DNA of 63,037 nt, counting the filler, from Lenisia limosa (taxonomy: Eukaryota; Protista; Breviatea), in the NCBI GenBank assembly GCA_001655205.1. It is 11 parts of 11 records of this genome, joined end to end, with 100 filler letters (N's around TTAATTAATTAA, not from the genome) between each part and the next. Parts side by side here need not be neighbours in the genome. Positions count along the whole stretch, not along the records: positions 7,482 to 12,891 come from LPNZ01002498.1; positions 12,992 to 18,514 come from LPNZ01004467.1; positions 18,615 to 40,420 come from LPNZ01011398.1; 8 more parts are not named here. One strand, written 5' to 3'. How positions within the stretch are numbered: position 1 is the first letter of the stretch; every line of letters begins with the position of its first letter. Of the stretch, positions 11,193 through 21,990 are shown one piece after another. The position numbers and the translations under genes are program-made. Under the pieces are notes generated by a model that worked only from the letters and a program-made list of their open reading frames with translations, had not been told where the DNA came from and did no database searches.

Positions 11193-12891
11193 ATGAATTT
11201 AGACGCCATGATGAATGCTCGTTTGCAGCAAATGAACAAACCTGAACACCGAGGTGAGTTTTGCACAATGTTGACTGTCTAGGGATCTACGGTGGAGTCA
11301 GAGGACCTGCGCCGGTCAACAACACGCCTATTCCAGCCCCAAACATGGCAACAAGACCGCCCCTTCAAACACCAGCAGCCTTCTCGAAACCTCCCCCAGT
11401 GCTACAGCCTCCTCCCTCACTCATGGTTTGTTCTCCCTCGTTTTGCTGACTATTAGGAGCCTGAGTGGACCGCACACAAAGCTCCTGACGGTAGAACGTA
11501 CTACTATTGCAAGAAGACTGGGGTTTCAACTTATGACAAGCCAAGCTCTATGATGTCTAATGAGGAGGTGCGAAGGGATCTCTGGGTATATTTTATTGGC
11601 TGCTATTCTGGTTTCAGTAATCAACCAATGTTAATGAATAATAATAGAGAGATGGATGAGTTTGGCTAAATACAAATATTAGATATCTTCTTTGTAATAA
11701 TGGGATTGTGATTCGTTTTTTTGAATGTCTCATTTCCTCCTTTTCGTACGGGGGTCAGAACATGATAGGAGGAATGGAATTGATGCCCCAGAGAAAAAGA
11801 AACGGGGAAATGGTATCAACAGGGGAAGTCTGGGAAAAAAATCAGAACGCAAAGCGAAATTCTTTCCTTTTCTTTTTGTTTTTCAGTTTTTCATCCACCA
11901 GGCCGCGAACACATGCTTCTGGAAGGAGTATTCGTCTAACCAAGGCAAAAAGTACTACTACAACATCGAAACAAAGGTACGTGGCCGGATGTGTTTTCTC
12001 TTTTTCGGATATTTGGCATTTCTTCTCTTTTCATTAGTACTGGGCACACTCCTACTATTTACATTGGGGATGCTTCTTCTTCAGCATTGGGTCTGGTTCT
12101 CCCTTTTCCGCTTCACGTTGTTTATTTTAAGAGAGGACCAGTTTCTTTTTCAGATTGCATATATAAATAATATGGAAGTTTTTATCTCTTTGTTTTTGTT
12201 TTTTATGACCATTTTGTGTGGATTCTCTTGATATGGAGAGAATTAATATCACACTCAACCCAACATCTTGTTTTAGCGTAATGGTGTCGACGGCTTCGGT
12301 CAGATGCCACCTTTATTTCTCAAATCTATGTAAATACAGTGACCTTGATAAGTCTTGACCGATTCGCTATATGATTTCCCATGGAAATAAGACTTTTGAA
12401 AAAATGATTAGATTCAGTATTCCATTTTTGATATACAGCCCAACCCATCCATATATTGGGCTTTCAACATCCAACAGTTGCATGAAGTTCGACTAGATTT
12501 CCATATTTACCATATTAATTTTCGGTTTTTTTAAGTAGTGTAAAGGGCTTCACTTCGATTAGAATATCGATAGTTTTCGAGGATTTATCGAGAAATGCAG
12601 TCTTTTTTGAACCAAAGTGAAGCCCTAGTAGTGTAATACGTTCTTCAAGTCGAATATTTCACATGATCAAATTCCCACCATTTCTAACATTCACATTTAT
12701 GACATCTATTATTAATGGCAGTTTTTTTATGCACTGACCGCCGACCTCCTTTTATTGACCCCGTCCTCAGGAAACCGTGTGGGAAAAGCCGAAGAATTTC
12801 CGCGCGATGCCCACTCCCCAGAAGCCTATTGCTGCACCTACCAAACCCGGACTTGTGCCCCCAATGAAGACTGGCATGCCACCCCCCATTA
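11193..12891 (+). CDS. Tandem WW-domain protein (Prp40/PRPF40 or TCERG1-like), 3' truncated at scaffold end
   Basis: Exons: MNLDAMMNAR (11193); Pro-rich exon; WW1 EPEWTAHKAPDGRTYYYCKKTGVSTYDKP (11457-11567); WW2 CFWKEYSSNQGKKYYYNIETK (11902-11976) spliced to ETVWEKP (from 12771). FF domains not seen. Confidence 0.8.
12337..12392. mobile_element. Tc1/mariner-type MITE family C, left part
   Basis: TA + CAGTGACCTTGATAAGTCTTGACC, same terminus as the full copy at 48088-48165. Confidence 0.7.
12543..12627. mobile_element. hAT MITE family A with perfect 8-bp TSD
   Basis: AAGGGCTTCACTTCG...CAAAGTGAAGCCCTA flanked on both sides by GTAGTGTA (12535-12542, 12628-12635). Confidence 0.95.
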
Positions 12892-13084
12892 NNNNNNNNN
12901 NNNNNNNNNNNNNNNNNNNNNNNNNNNNNNNNNNNTTAATTAATTAANNNNNNNNNNNNNNNNNNNNNNNNNNNNNNNNNNNNNNNNNNNNTATGATACT
13001 ATATATGATATAGTATATGTATATATCATACATATATATATAGCAATGAAAAGGTACATGTATATTATAGCAATGAGAAATATA

Positions 13085-13212
13085 AAATAAGGTTGTATCT
13101 AGCAGAAGCCATCCACACCATCACGCGTATATAAGAGATATTGAGCTAATGTATAATAATACTAAGTCACCCAATCATTTGTCTTACAACTCTGTGCACA
13201 CAGTTTGCCTCC
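13085..13212. repeat. R2 dispersed repeat (~130 bp, unclassified)
   Basis: AAAATAAGGTTGTATCTAGCAGAAGCCATCCACACCATCACG...AGAGATATTG...CACCCAATCATTTG...CTCTGTGCACACAG...GCCTCCCCAGCA; inverted full copy at ~16910-17046; fragments at ~1065-1115, 1350-1400, 12275-12320, 59470-59510 and 61450-61477. Confidence 0.85.
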
Positions 13213-13267
13213 CCAGCATACTATAGTATGATGAACATTTGGCATAATACATTAAAACAACCCGTAC

Positions 13268-16200
13268 CTTGTCCTTGCTATATACATCTGCACCATGGTC
13301 AAAGTACAGCTGGGCAAGTTCTTGGTTCCCATTTTTAGAAGCAATGATGAGGGGAGTGTCACCGTTCTAAACTGTTAAGGAAAGGTCATGTTAAAGAAAA
13401 CAAGAATAACACTAAAATATAGTGTATGTGATGCATGTAATAAAAGCCGAGAACCAAACAATAGCCTTGTTATTCCCGGTTCCGGCCTGAATCGGGAATT
13501 GGAACCGGGAGTACAGCTTTGGTATCATTGAATATGATAGAGAGGCCTATTATAAGGAAAATGTGACAAGATTAATGTCACTGGTTCTTTGCATTTAGTG
13601 ATTTCTTATCTGCTTGTATCAATTTTTTAAAAACCTCTTTATAATTACGGTTTCGGTTCTGAATAAAACAGAACCGGAACCGAAAGTAAAACTAAAATAT
13701 AAAGACGATACATCATACACAAGAAGAATGGTCTTAGAAAAAACAGAACAAATGGATATGGTATTTCTTAACATCTTCCATCTTTGGAGTTACTCTCGCA
13801 AACCGACCGAATCAACCTGGTTAGGGTCCATTTTGAGGAAGGATAAGATGATCGATGTAAGATTATAGTGGTTGTTTCTGGCAGCTTGATGCAGCAGAAG
13901 TTGGGAAGGCTAAAGAAGGAGTAAGCGTATCATTGATTTATTTGGTTTGAAATTTGGGTTCTACGGTTATTTAGTTTACTCAGATGAAAAGGTGTACCTT
14001 TAAGGGAACTTGTCTGAAAAAGCCCCACGAGACTAGATCGAGAAGAAAAAGAGATCAGCGACAGTTCTCAGGAGAATACGACGCTCAAATCAATAGTCAC
14101 ACTATAATGTCCTAAATATAGAGAGGGTTGGGATCTTGCCAACCTTGAGGTTGCTAGAAGACGTCTGGATGACTTCCTCTCCAAAAGCCTCCTCTTTGGT
14201 TGTATCGTACAGCTTCCACTTGAAAAGTCACAAATATTAACAAGATTAAAACAGGAAATTAACATTTGTGTAAACCCATGTTGTATGTGATACACTATCT
14301 GCTGTACAATATTATTGTAAAGTATAGTATATGACATAATTATATGATGTATTATAATATAGCATTATAGTATATCTTGTGGGCGGTGTGGTTTTTGAAA
14401 AGAAGAGCACTACAATCGTAATTGTTATTGAAATATCGACGATTATAAAAAGCAGTGATTAGCCAGGAAGATGGCGAAAATCTTTCCACACAGATTATTC
14501 ACAAAATATTTTGCTCCCTGTGCATAGTATATATCATGATGATTTGGACGTATCGTCCTACCATCGATTGAAACGTTACTTGACTTGAGCCATACGCTTG
14601 GAAGAGGAAGTGTTTTTCAAGCTTTGCAAACTCAACAATCTTGTCCTGAACCAAAGTCCAGAACTGGTCGGAAATGGAAAACGCCTACAATATCAAACAA
14701 TTATACTCCAAAACAAACATTCAATTTCTCATCGTGCATTCGAAGGCCAGCGTTCATAAAGTCTGAAACAAAACGGTAATTACCAAACTTGAGCGCTTCA
14801 AAAGCGACTTTTGCGATTGTCTCATTGAGCTGAAGAGTGAGTCAAGAAATGAAAACAAATCACAAGCTTACTTAATGGTGATATAATTAACAAACTGGAA
14901 CACTCACCTGGAAATCGGAAAATTGATTAGCGACCTTAAGAACCATGGAGTTGTCGGATAAGGGGTTTTGCATCGCAAAATAGCGCATCATTTCAAGCAA
15001 CTGGACTCATTAGCATTTGTCCTGATACTGTACTACCACATAGTAGAGCTTTACTTTCGGTCCAAAAAAAGACTGAATTCTCGATAAATCCTCAATAAGT
15101 ATTCATATATTCTACCAGTCTTTTGGAACCGAAAGTGACGCTCTACTAAGTAACCAAACAGAACATAATAATCATAGCATCATACATTGGAATAGTGATT
15201 ATGAATATACTATCACATATCATATGTGCATATATATTGTACAATAATATACCTTATGATTAGTATGATATACATAAACATGCACATAGTATAGCTATTA
15301 TATCAGATGTACATGTATCATATCGATATATATCTTACTTATTTTCTACCCTTCTTTTTAGAAGTAGTGTATTAGATTTTCTTCAATCTTGAAAATAATA
15401 ATCTTAAACCAACAGTCTTCTATGACGACCCTCAGTATGGGGCAACAATTTGAAAAACCAAGATTCTTTTACCTCTTGTTCATTTTTGGCAAACTCCGGG
15501 TGGCTCAATAAGATGAATTTTTGAACACGGGGGCTAGTTGCAATTGTTACCTGATAGAGTCAGGAGAGCAATATCAGGAAAACAGCCCACGAATTCGGAA
15601 TCAATCAGCACAATACTGAGAATCTTCAACAATGTTTCATCATTGGAGCAGTCACACAAGACCTTGAGAGTGAGACTCACCGTGTGTAAACAATAATTTT
15701 TTCAAAAAATTTCCACTTACACGATAAAGCCGTGATTGATCAGAGATACATTGCATTAAACAGGGCATATCACCTTGTGCAGCCTTTGCTTCAATTTCCT
15801 TGGAGGAGTCGCCAGATTCTAGAAACTGCATGAACACCGTTTCACCTTGAAGTGATTCTACAGCAGCCTAAAGTGGTGAAGCTGGATAATACGTTTTCAC
15901 CAAACTGATTATCAGAGTAGCCCAATCAATACCTCAAAATTGGTTTGAATACCATGGGACTTGATGATGAACTTGACCCTAGCAGCAGGGGGGAGGTCTA
16001 AGTATGTGAATCGTTTTCCTCAAATCATATCAGAGAGAAAAAGGAGCCGAAAATTAACATTACAACTAAAACATCATGAAATTAACTATTGATACCTTAT
16101 CCGCAAACCGTCTGCATTAAGAGAGAGAACAGTATGACATGCCTTGAATAGGGGTGTCCGTGGATCAACCTGACTAGTGTCAAAAAAAAAAAGACAAAGG

Positions 16201-16860
16201 TTCTAGAAGAGACAACTCACATGGACTTGGTATGATCCCTTGGCCATTGTCTTATAATTTACCATGGTCAAGATTCTGCTGGGTTCCTGTAGAGAGTCAT
16301 TACCAGGTTTTGGTGCTAGTGAAAGGAGGGATGGGGGTACTCAGAAATGAACTTGTGAAACTGAATCCAAATTTGTTGTAAAAACAGTTAACACTGAAAT
16401 CCAATTCTCTCACCTCGGGATTCTGACAAGGGGATGGAGAGGTGGGAGAGCCGTTTTGCCCTTCTTTTTGTTTTTTACCAAAACCACTAAACTGGGGTCT
16501 CAGTTTTTGAAGATGCTCACCCGAACTGCCTTAATCACGAGAAGTTTGGTTGACTCACGGCATTCAGCAAGACTGTATCCGTTTGTTCACCATGGTAAAC
16601 AACCCAATGACCATAGTAAACCAGAAGTATCACCAAAGAGAGGGGAAATCACGCGTCTTCGTAGTCTCCTATTCCAACAATACATAGTTGTTCAGGGCGG
16701 CGGTAAAAGGCAACAAGTCATGGCAAGCTTCGCGAAGGACCTTGTGAAGGCCACTTGGACGGCCTGACGCGCAGTATGCCGATCGACTTACCGGAGAGAT
16801 AGTTTCAATGGTGGCAACGTGTGCAGACTTGGCTGAGTGCTACAGAAGTTCAATATAATT
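13268..16860 (-). CDS. Multi-exon gene with C-terminal ankyrin repeats (extent approximate)
   Basis: In-phase exons 13808-13909 (LLLHQAARNNHYNLTSIILSFLKMDPNQVDS) and 13268-13366 (NGDTPLIIASKNGNQELAQLYFDHGADVYSKDK), each one ankyrin repeat long. Further open GT-AG-bounded segments at ~14580-15010, 15410-15990 and 16140-16860; their membership in the same gene is inferred. Confidence 0.65.
15044..15145. mobile_element. hAT MITE family A variant (TAGAGCTT termini)
   Basis: TAGAGCTTTACTTTCGGT...ACCGAAAGTGACGCTCTA with the family's internal GACTGAATTCTCGATAAATC motif; TSD not recognisable. Confidence 0.8.
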
Positions 16861-16909
16861 GAATGAATATATCGACATATAATACAGTATGTATGGTATA
16901 TCTTATAGG

Positions 16910-17046
16910 TGTGCTGGGGAGGCACGCGGAAAGCTGTGTGCACAGAGTTGTAAGGCAAATGATTGGGTGAATTAATATTATACTATAATCCAATATCTCT
17001 TCCAAGTGTGATGGTGGCTTCGGCCAGATACATCTTTATTTTTTTT
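16910..17046. repeat. R2 dispersed repeat, inverted copy
   Basis: Reverse-complement match to 13085-13212 over ~130 bp. Confidence 0.85.
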
Positions 17047-17168
17047 TCTCATTGCTATATATATATGATATATCTGAATTAAAAAAAACATACTATATCA
17101 TATCAAATAACAATATTATATGAAAATTTACCTACATGTGATGTATCAACTCAGCGAGGTGTTTCTCG

Positions 17169-17245
17169 TAAAGCTTCACTTTCGGTTTCAAAAGACTAAG
17201 AATTTATCCAGAATTCACTCTTATCGAACCAAAAGTGAAGCTCTT
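17169..17245. mobile_element. hAT MITE family A, short copy with 8-bp TSD
   Basis: TAAAGCTTCACTTTCGGT...ACCAAAAGTGAAGCTCTT; flanks GTTTCTCG/GTTTATCG (7/8). A further partial copy lies at ~17293-17360. Confidence 0.85.
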
Positions 17246-18384
17246 GTTTATCGTAAAGCCAGAAGATTGGAGCCTTCATGTGACGAATCGTTCGGACTTC
17301 ACTTTAGCTCGAAAAAAGACTAAATTTCTCAATAAATCTTCGAAAATTTTCGATATTTTAAGTTATAATAAAATTGGGCAGCCATCCTAATACAATCTTT
17401 AGACTGTTTTTTTACTTCCTGATTTTTTTTTGTTTAGTTTTGTTTTTGTTTTGTTTTTGTTTTGTTATTATTATTTGTCTATTAATATCTGGAGTGATGG
17501 GATGCGGTGCTGCAGAAGCNNNNNNNNNNNNNNNNNNNNNNNNNNNNNNNNNNNNNNNNNNNNNNNNNNNNNNNNNNNNNNNNNNNNNNNNNNNNNNNNN
17601 NNNNNNNNNNNNNNNNNNNNNNNTTGGATAATTTTTGAAAAAAAAAACAACAAAAAAACAGAAGCCCATTATCCGATCACTCCCCCATTAACCCCTGATA
17701 GGTTGGGTGGCCATCCTCAGTCAAGGACGCCCTCATGGTCATGAGCATTGTCAATGCTAACAGTGGGGGAGGGTTGATTTATGTGTACATCATACATATA
17801 ATACTTCAGTGACCGGGATATGTCTTGACCGATTAGCAATGTTATTTCCCAAGGAAAACATAGTACATAATATCAACTCCCTTCGTGTTACCCCCCCCCC
17901 CNNNNNNNNNNNNNNNNNNNNNNNNNNNNNNNNNNNNNNNNNNNNNNNNNNNNNNNNNNNNNNNNNNNNNNNNNNNNNNNNNNNNNNNNNNNNNNNNNNN
18001 NNNNNNNNNNNNNNNNNNNNNNNNNNNNNNNNNNNNNNNNNNNNNNNNNNNNNNNNNNNNNNNNNNNNNNNNNNNNNNNNNNNNNNNNNNNNNNNNNNNN
18101 NNNNNNNNNNNNNNNNNNNNNNNNNNNNNNNNNNNNNNNNNNNNNNNNNNNNNNNNNNNNNNNNNNNATTCTTTACAAACCTTCTAGCTTCTGCAACATG
18201 TATATGTTTTGGAGTTGAATTAGCAGTAGTCCCCTCCCTCTTTGTTGTTTATCCCCTCTAGTAACCCGCAATTCTTGTTGATTTTCCCAGTTGAATTGGC
18301 AGCCCCTGAATGCGCCTTCTCCTACAAATTCACATATTACCAAAAGGTAGGCGTGTTTCGTATTTGAGAACCATGGGGTGTTCC

Positions 18385-18486
18385 TAGGGCTTCATTTCGG
18401 TTCGAAAACAAAACTAAATTTCTTGATAAATCCTCGATAACTATCGACAATTTATTGGTCTTTTTTCAAACCAAAGTGAAACCCTA
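18385..18486. mobile_element. hAT MITE family A with perfect 8-bp TSD
   Basis: TAGGGCTTCATTTCGGTT...AACCAAAGTGAAACCCTA flanked by GGTGTTCC on both sides (18377-18384, 18487-18494). Confidence 0.95.
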
Positions 18487-18694
18487 GGTGTTCCTTTATT
18501 CAGAACCAAGGGGTNNNNNNNNNNNNNNNNNNNNNNNNNNNNNNNNNNNNNNNNNNNNTTAATTAATTAANNNNNNNNNNNNNNNNNNNNNNNNNNNNNN
18601 NNNNNNNNNNNNNNGGACCAATTCAAATATTACAAAACGAAACAATGTAAAAATACTTGATACACTACAACTATCTAAAACTCCTTTGTTTTTG

Positions 18695-18792
18695 AACGGT
18701 CCGGTCCGGTCTCTTTGGAATGAAAATTTGAGCGGTCCGGTCCGGTCCGGTCTTTTTGTAAATTGACCGGACCGGACCGTAGGGAACCACTA
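18695..18792. mobile_element. Right end of a hAT-like element with (CCGGT)n subterminal repeats
   Basis: CGGTCCGGTCCGGT arrays and terminus ACCGGACCGGACCGTAGGGAACCACTA, whose reverse complement TAGTGGTTCCCTACGGTCC resembles the 57036 terminus. Confidence 0.65.
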
Positions 18793-18804
18793 GGAACAAA
18801 CAAG

Positions 18805-19187
18805 ATCTCGGACACTTCATCCTCGGGGACACAGCTCCTGACTTGCGTTCCAGACGGCGAACTAAAGCGTGCTAACGAGGATATCCAGCCTCCTGAGGTA
18901 TGTTAAAAGGCATCAATAAGGCTGTGAAGTTAATCAATCTGTTAATTTTCACTATTAAGCAAGAAATTCTAAATTGTTTCAAGAAATGAACCTAACTCAC
19001 CCACACCGGACTATAAACAACATCCTTATCGTTGAGTCCCTGCACAACCAGCAGGTCCTCTCTACCATATTCCTTACCATCGTTCAGGCCCCCACCTTCG
19101 GTAACGCCAACATCGCCATCGGAGACCTCATCGAGGAAGGCTTCCTATCCCAGGCCGCCAATAAGATCGACTGCGTCATTGAAAAAG
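18805..19187 (+). CDS. Two exon-like segments of an unidentified gene
   Basis: SDTSSSGTQLLTCVPDGELKRANEDIQPPE then a GTATG donor; ILIVESLHNQQVLSTIFLTIVQAP...IDCVIEK then a GTAGT donor; CTC/ATC/GCC-rich codons. Overlaps the end of the antisense retroelement relic. Confidence 0.35.
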
Positions 19188-19229
19188 GTAGTTGCTGTGG
19201 AAGCGATTATGTCAGATATAATATGTGAT

Positions 19230-20720
19230 ATTCTAGCATATTTGGCATTTTTAATTGCCACAATTTCAACTCCGTTCGCGGATGCCGCCGTAATCCCTGT
19301 CCCCGCAACCAATCCTGATTCTTCTGTTAGCAGGACTGCCCAACTAGATTTGCTATATTGTACATTGATACAACCCCCTTGTTCTTCATTATCTGGCTGA
19401 AATTACCTGTCACCGAATGGGGATATCATAAACAAATCTGAAGTCAGAAGAAAATTGGCCCAATCAATGAGCACTCTAAGCTTATTGATGACTCCATTAA
19501 GGGCCTCAACAAGGACAGTACCGTCATTCTCGCCCCTCCACCCACCCACCACTGACATTCACGTCAATCCACTCGGCATCGCTAGAGAAGTTCTCCATCT
19601 AAATACCAAAAAGGGGAGACGACTCGTAGGTAAAGGTGTCGGGGGAGTGAGGGAATTAATTTCACCGTCATGCTAGCCTTATTGCCGTCAAGCTTGATGT
19701 TGTCGATGGTGGGGCCTCTCTCAAGGTCCTTGGTGGTCGCGGGGAGGAAATCGCCCTGCGGCAGATTCCGTAGTAACCTGCAAGGTCAATGGCTCAGATG
19801 AGGTATTCTTCTTGTTGGAGCCAGTCGGGGGGGGGGGGGGNNNNNNNNNNNNNNNNNNNNNNNNNNNNNNNNNNNNNNNNNNNNNNNNNNNNNNNNNNNN
19901 NNNNNNNNNNNNNNNNNNNNNNNNNNNNNNNNNNNNNNNNNNGATTGACGCCAAATCTGGCACCACCGCGGTTTCACCTGAATAATCAGTTCAAAGTACA
20001 ATGTTATCACGATGATACGAATGTATAAATGTGTATGATTTTTAGGTGACTTTCGGCAAGCATTGACGTCTTAGAGCCGAATTTGGAGCCGAACTCGTCG
20101 TAACCGATGTGCATGGCAGCGAGCTTGAGGACATTCTTGGAGGTTGGGAGGGATGAGAATGGAGAAGCAATCCTCAGTGATTGAGCAAAAATCACCCAGA
20201 CGGGTGGTCTGGCGCTGGTACACCATATGGGAACATTCTAGTTAGAGACTTGGGTGAGGTATTTGAGGCTGAGGATTCCGGACCAAGAGGGGCGCTTGAG
20301 GAGGTCAATCCAGGCTTGGATGGGAGGGGCAGAGGGTGCTTGTCTGTCCTTATCCTTAGTTATGTTGCTGACCGCATCATTCTGGGACTTCGTGAGTCGT
20401 CTCACGATAGGCATCCAGTCGAGCTTGCCGGTGATGGACTGAAACTCGGGGCGGGAGATGTCTTTTTTGAGAGCCGCATTGAAGTTGAAGAGGTACGCAT
20501 CAATCTTTTCTTGGGGGAGGCTTGCGGTCATTCATATAGTATCAAGGAGAACACATTAAACGATTGATCTCCTTGTGGGGGAGACAAGCTTATGCTCACC
20601 ATAGCCGATACCTAACTCTCTCCAGGTGATGAGGAGAGTGGCGAGCATGTACTTGGCCATGAGTTCGGTCTTTGCGGCAGGAGATGGAGATGACGCAATT
20701 GTGTGACCAAGACTGGAGGT
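19230..20720 (-). mobile_element. Decayed DIRS/Ngaro-like tyrosine-recombinase retrotransposon (RT-RNaseH, then putative YR)
   Basis: WRELGIGYGEHKLVSPTRRSIV*CVLLDTI*MTASLPQEKIDAYL...FQSITGKLDW resembles the DIRS RT end (LG....EK...P....LG..LDT..M...LP..K...LQSL.GKL). RNaseH-like remnants NVLKLAA and GETAVVPDLASI. Downstream frameshifted IRIG / TAASANGVEIVAIK resembles YR HSFRIGAATxAA.G...IK. YxDD not found; YR assignment is weaker. Confidence 0.65.
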
Positions 20721-21559
20721 TGGATTGGAGTGCAGGCCTTACCATCCAGGATCAGCCTATGTTTGACCTTCCGTGCTCTCCGAGCTCCAAGCCTAGTCCA
20801 CTGCTAACCCAGCCAACACATACCAGTAATGCTGATGGAGCGGGTTTAGTGTGACTTTTCAGGTTTTCACAGTGATCTCTTTCAACTGATCTTGCTGTGT
20901 TGCCTTTTCCCAGCCACTTCCCTTCTATACAGGAGCTCTCTCTTTCTTGCTTCATGAACAAATACTTTTTATATTAACTTGTTCTCAGGATCTGTTTCTG
21001 ATGCCTTCTGACTTGCATTTAAAGACGAAATGGCAAGCATGAGGCACACTGTGTAAATAAATACGTTTGTTTAGTGTAACATGTTCTTCATGATGTTGTA
21101 TCGCTCTGAACGGAAAATTTACCTTATATACTTCATTATTTTGATGAATAGCCCTACCTCTTCTTCAGACATAAAGCATTTTATCTTTAAGTCGTTAAAA
21201 CTCAATAATCAAGCTAATTGTACATTATACAAACTAAGAAGAAACGAAACAACTCAGAGACAACGAGAAAACAAAAAAAAATTCGAATAAGCACATTTAG
21301 TATACTGGGATATCATATTTCTATCATTGTTTTATACACTTCAGGGTCAATGAATAAGAGATCAAAAGTACAACACTGAAGCAAAATTACAGCGGGATAA
21401 ATGGTTGAAAAAAGTAAAATACAGCAAAACTTTGTTTGATCTCTTCCCGTCGACCTTTGTCGCTTAAATAAAACAACACTTAATATTAAATTCTTTTTCT
21501 GCACTCTATGTTACCTCGCCAAAAATCTATCAACCAACCACCTTACTTTGGTTTTTTTT

Positions 21560-21990
21560 GGTGCTTTGGTCCGGATCTCAGAGATGTCCAGAAAAGCCAG
21601 CATAGCTGTCCTCTTCACACTCAATTACATGTCATCTTGCCACAGTATCACATAGAAGGAAGTTAGAATATTTTGTGCAATAATAAGAACAATAAAAGTA
21701 ACTTAAGAGAAGGGTTTTTACAATTTGTCACTTCTTACCATGACTTTGAAGTAGCTTTCATAGTTGAAAGCCAGCAATCAACCCATGGAAGGTGACGGTC
21801 TCTCAGGTAGCGGTGAAGTGGAAGGAAGAAGCCTGGAAACGGATAAGAAGAGAGATCAGGGGGGAAACAAGAAAAAAACTCAAACTGCCTTCTATCTGAC
21901 GTATCTCTTTCTTGGTGGGGAAGCCACCGTCAAGAACTTCTTGGAAGATCCTTGAACCGATCTTCAACTCCCTTTGCCTCTCTTGCTGCG
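21560..21990 (-). pseudogene. Fragment homologous to the transposase relics at 29-30.6 kb and 31.7-33.8 kb
   Basis: Shares the block ATTGCAC....ATATTCTAACTT...GACATGTAATTGAGTGTGAAGAGGACAGCTATGCTG with 30020-30110 and 33095-33175. Confidence 0.6.
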
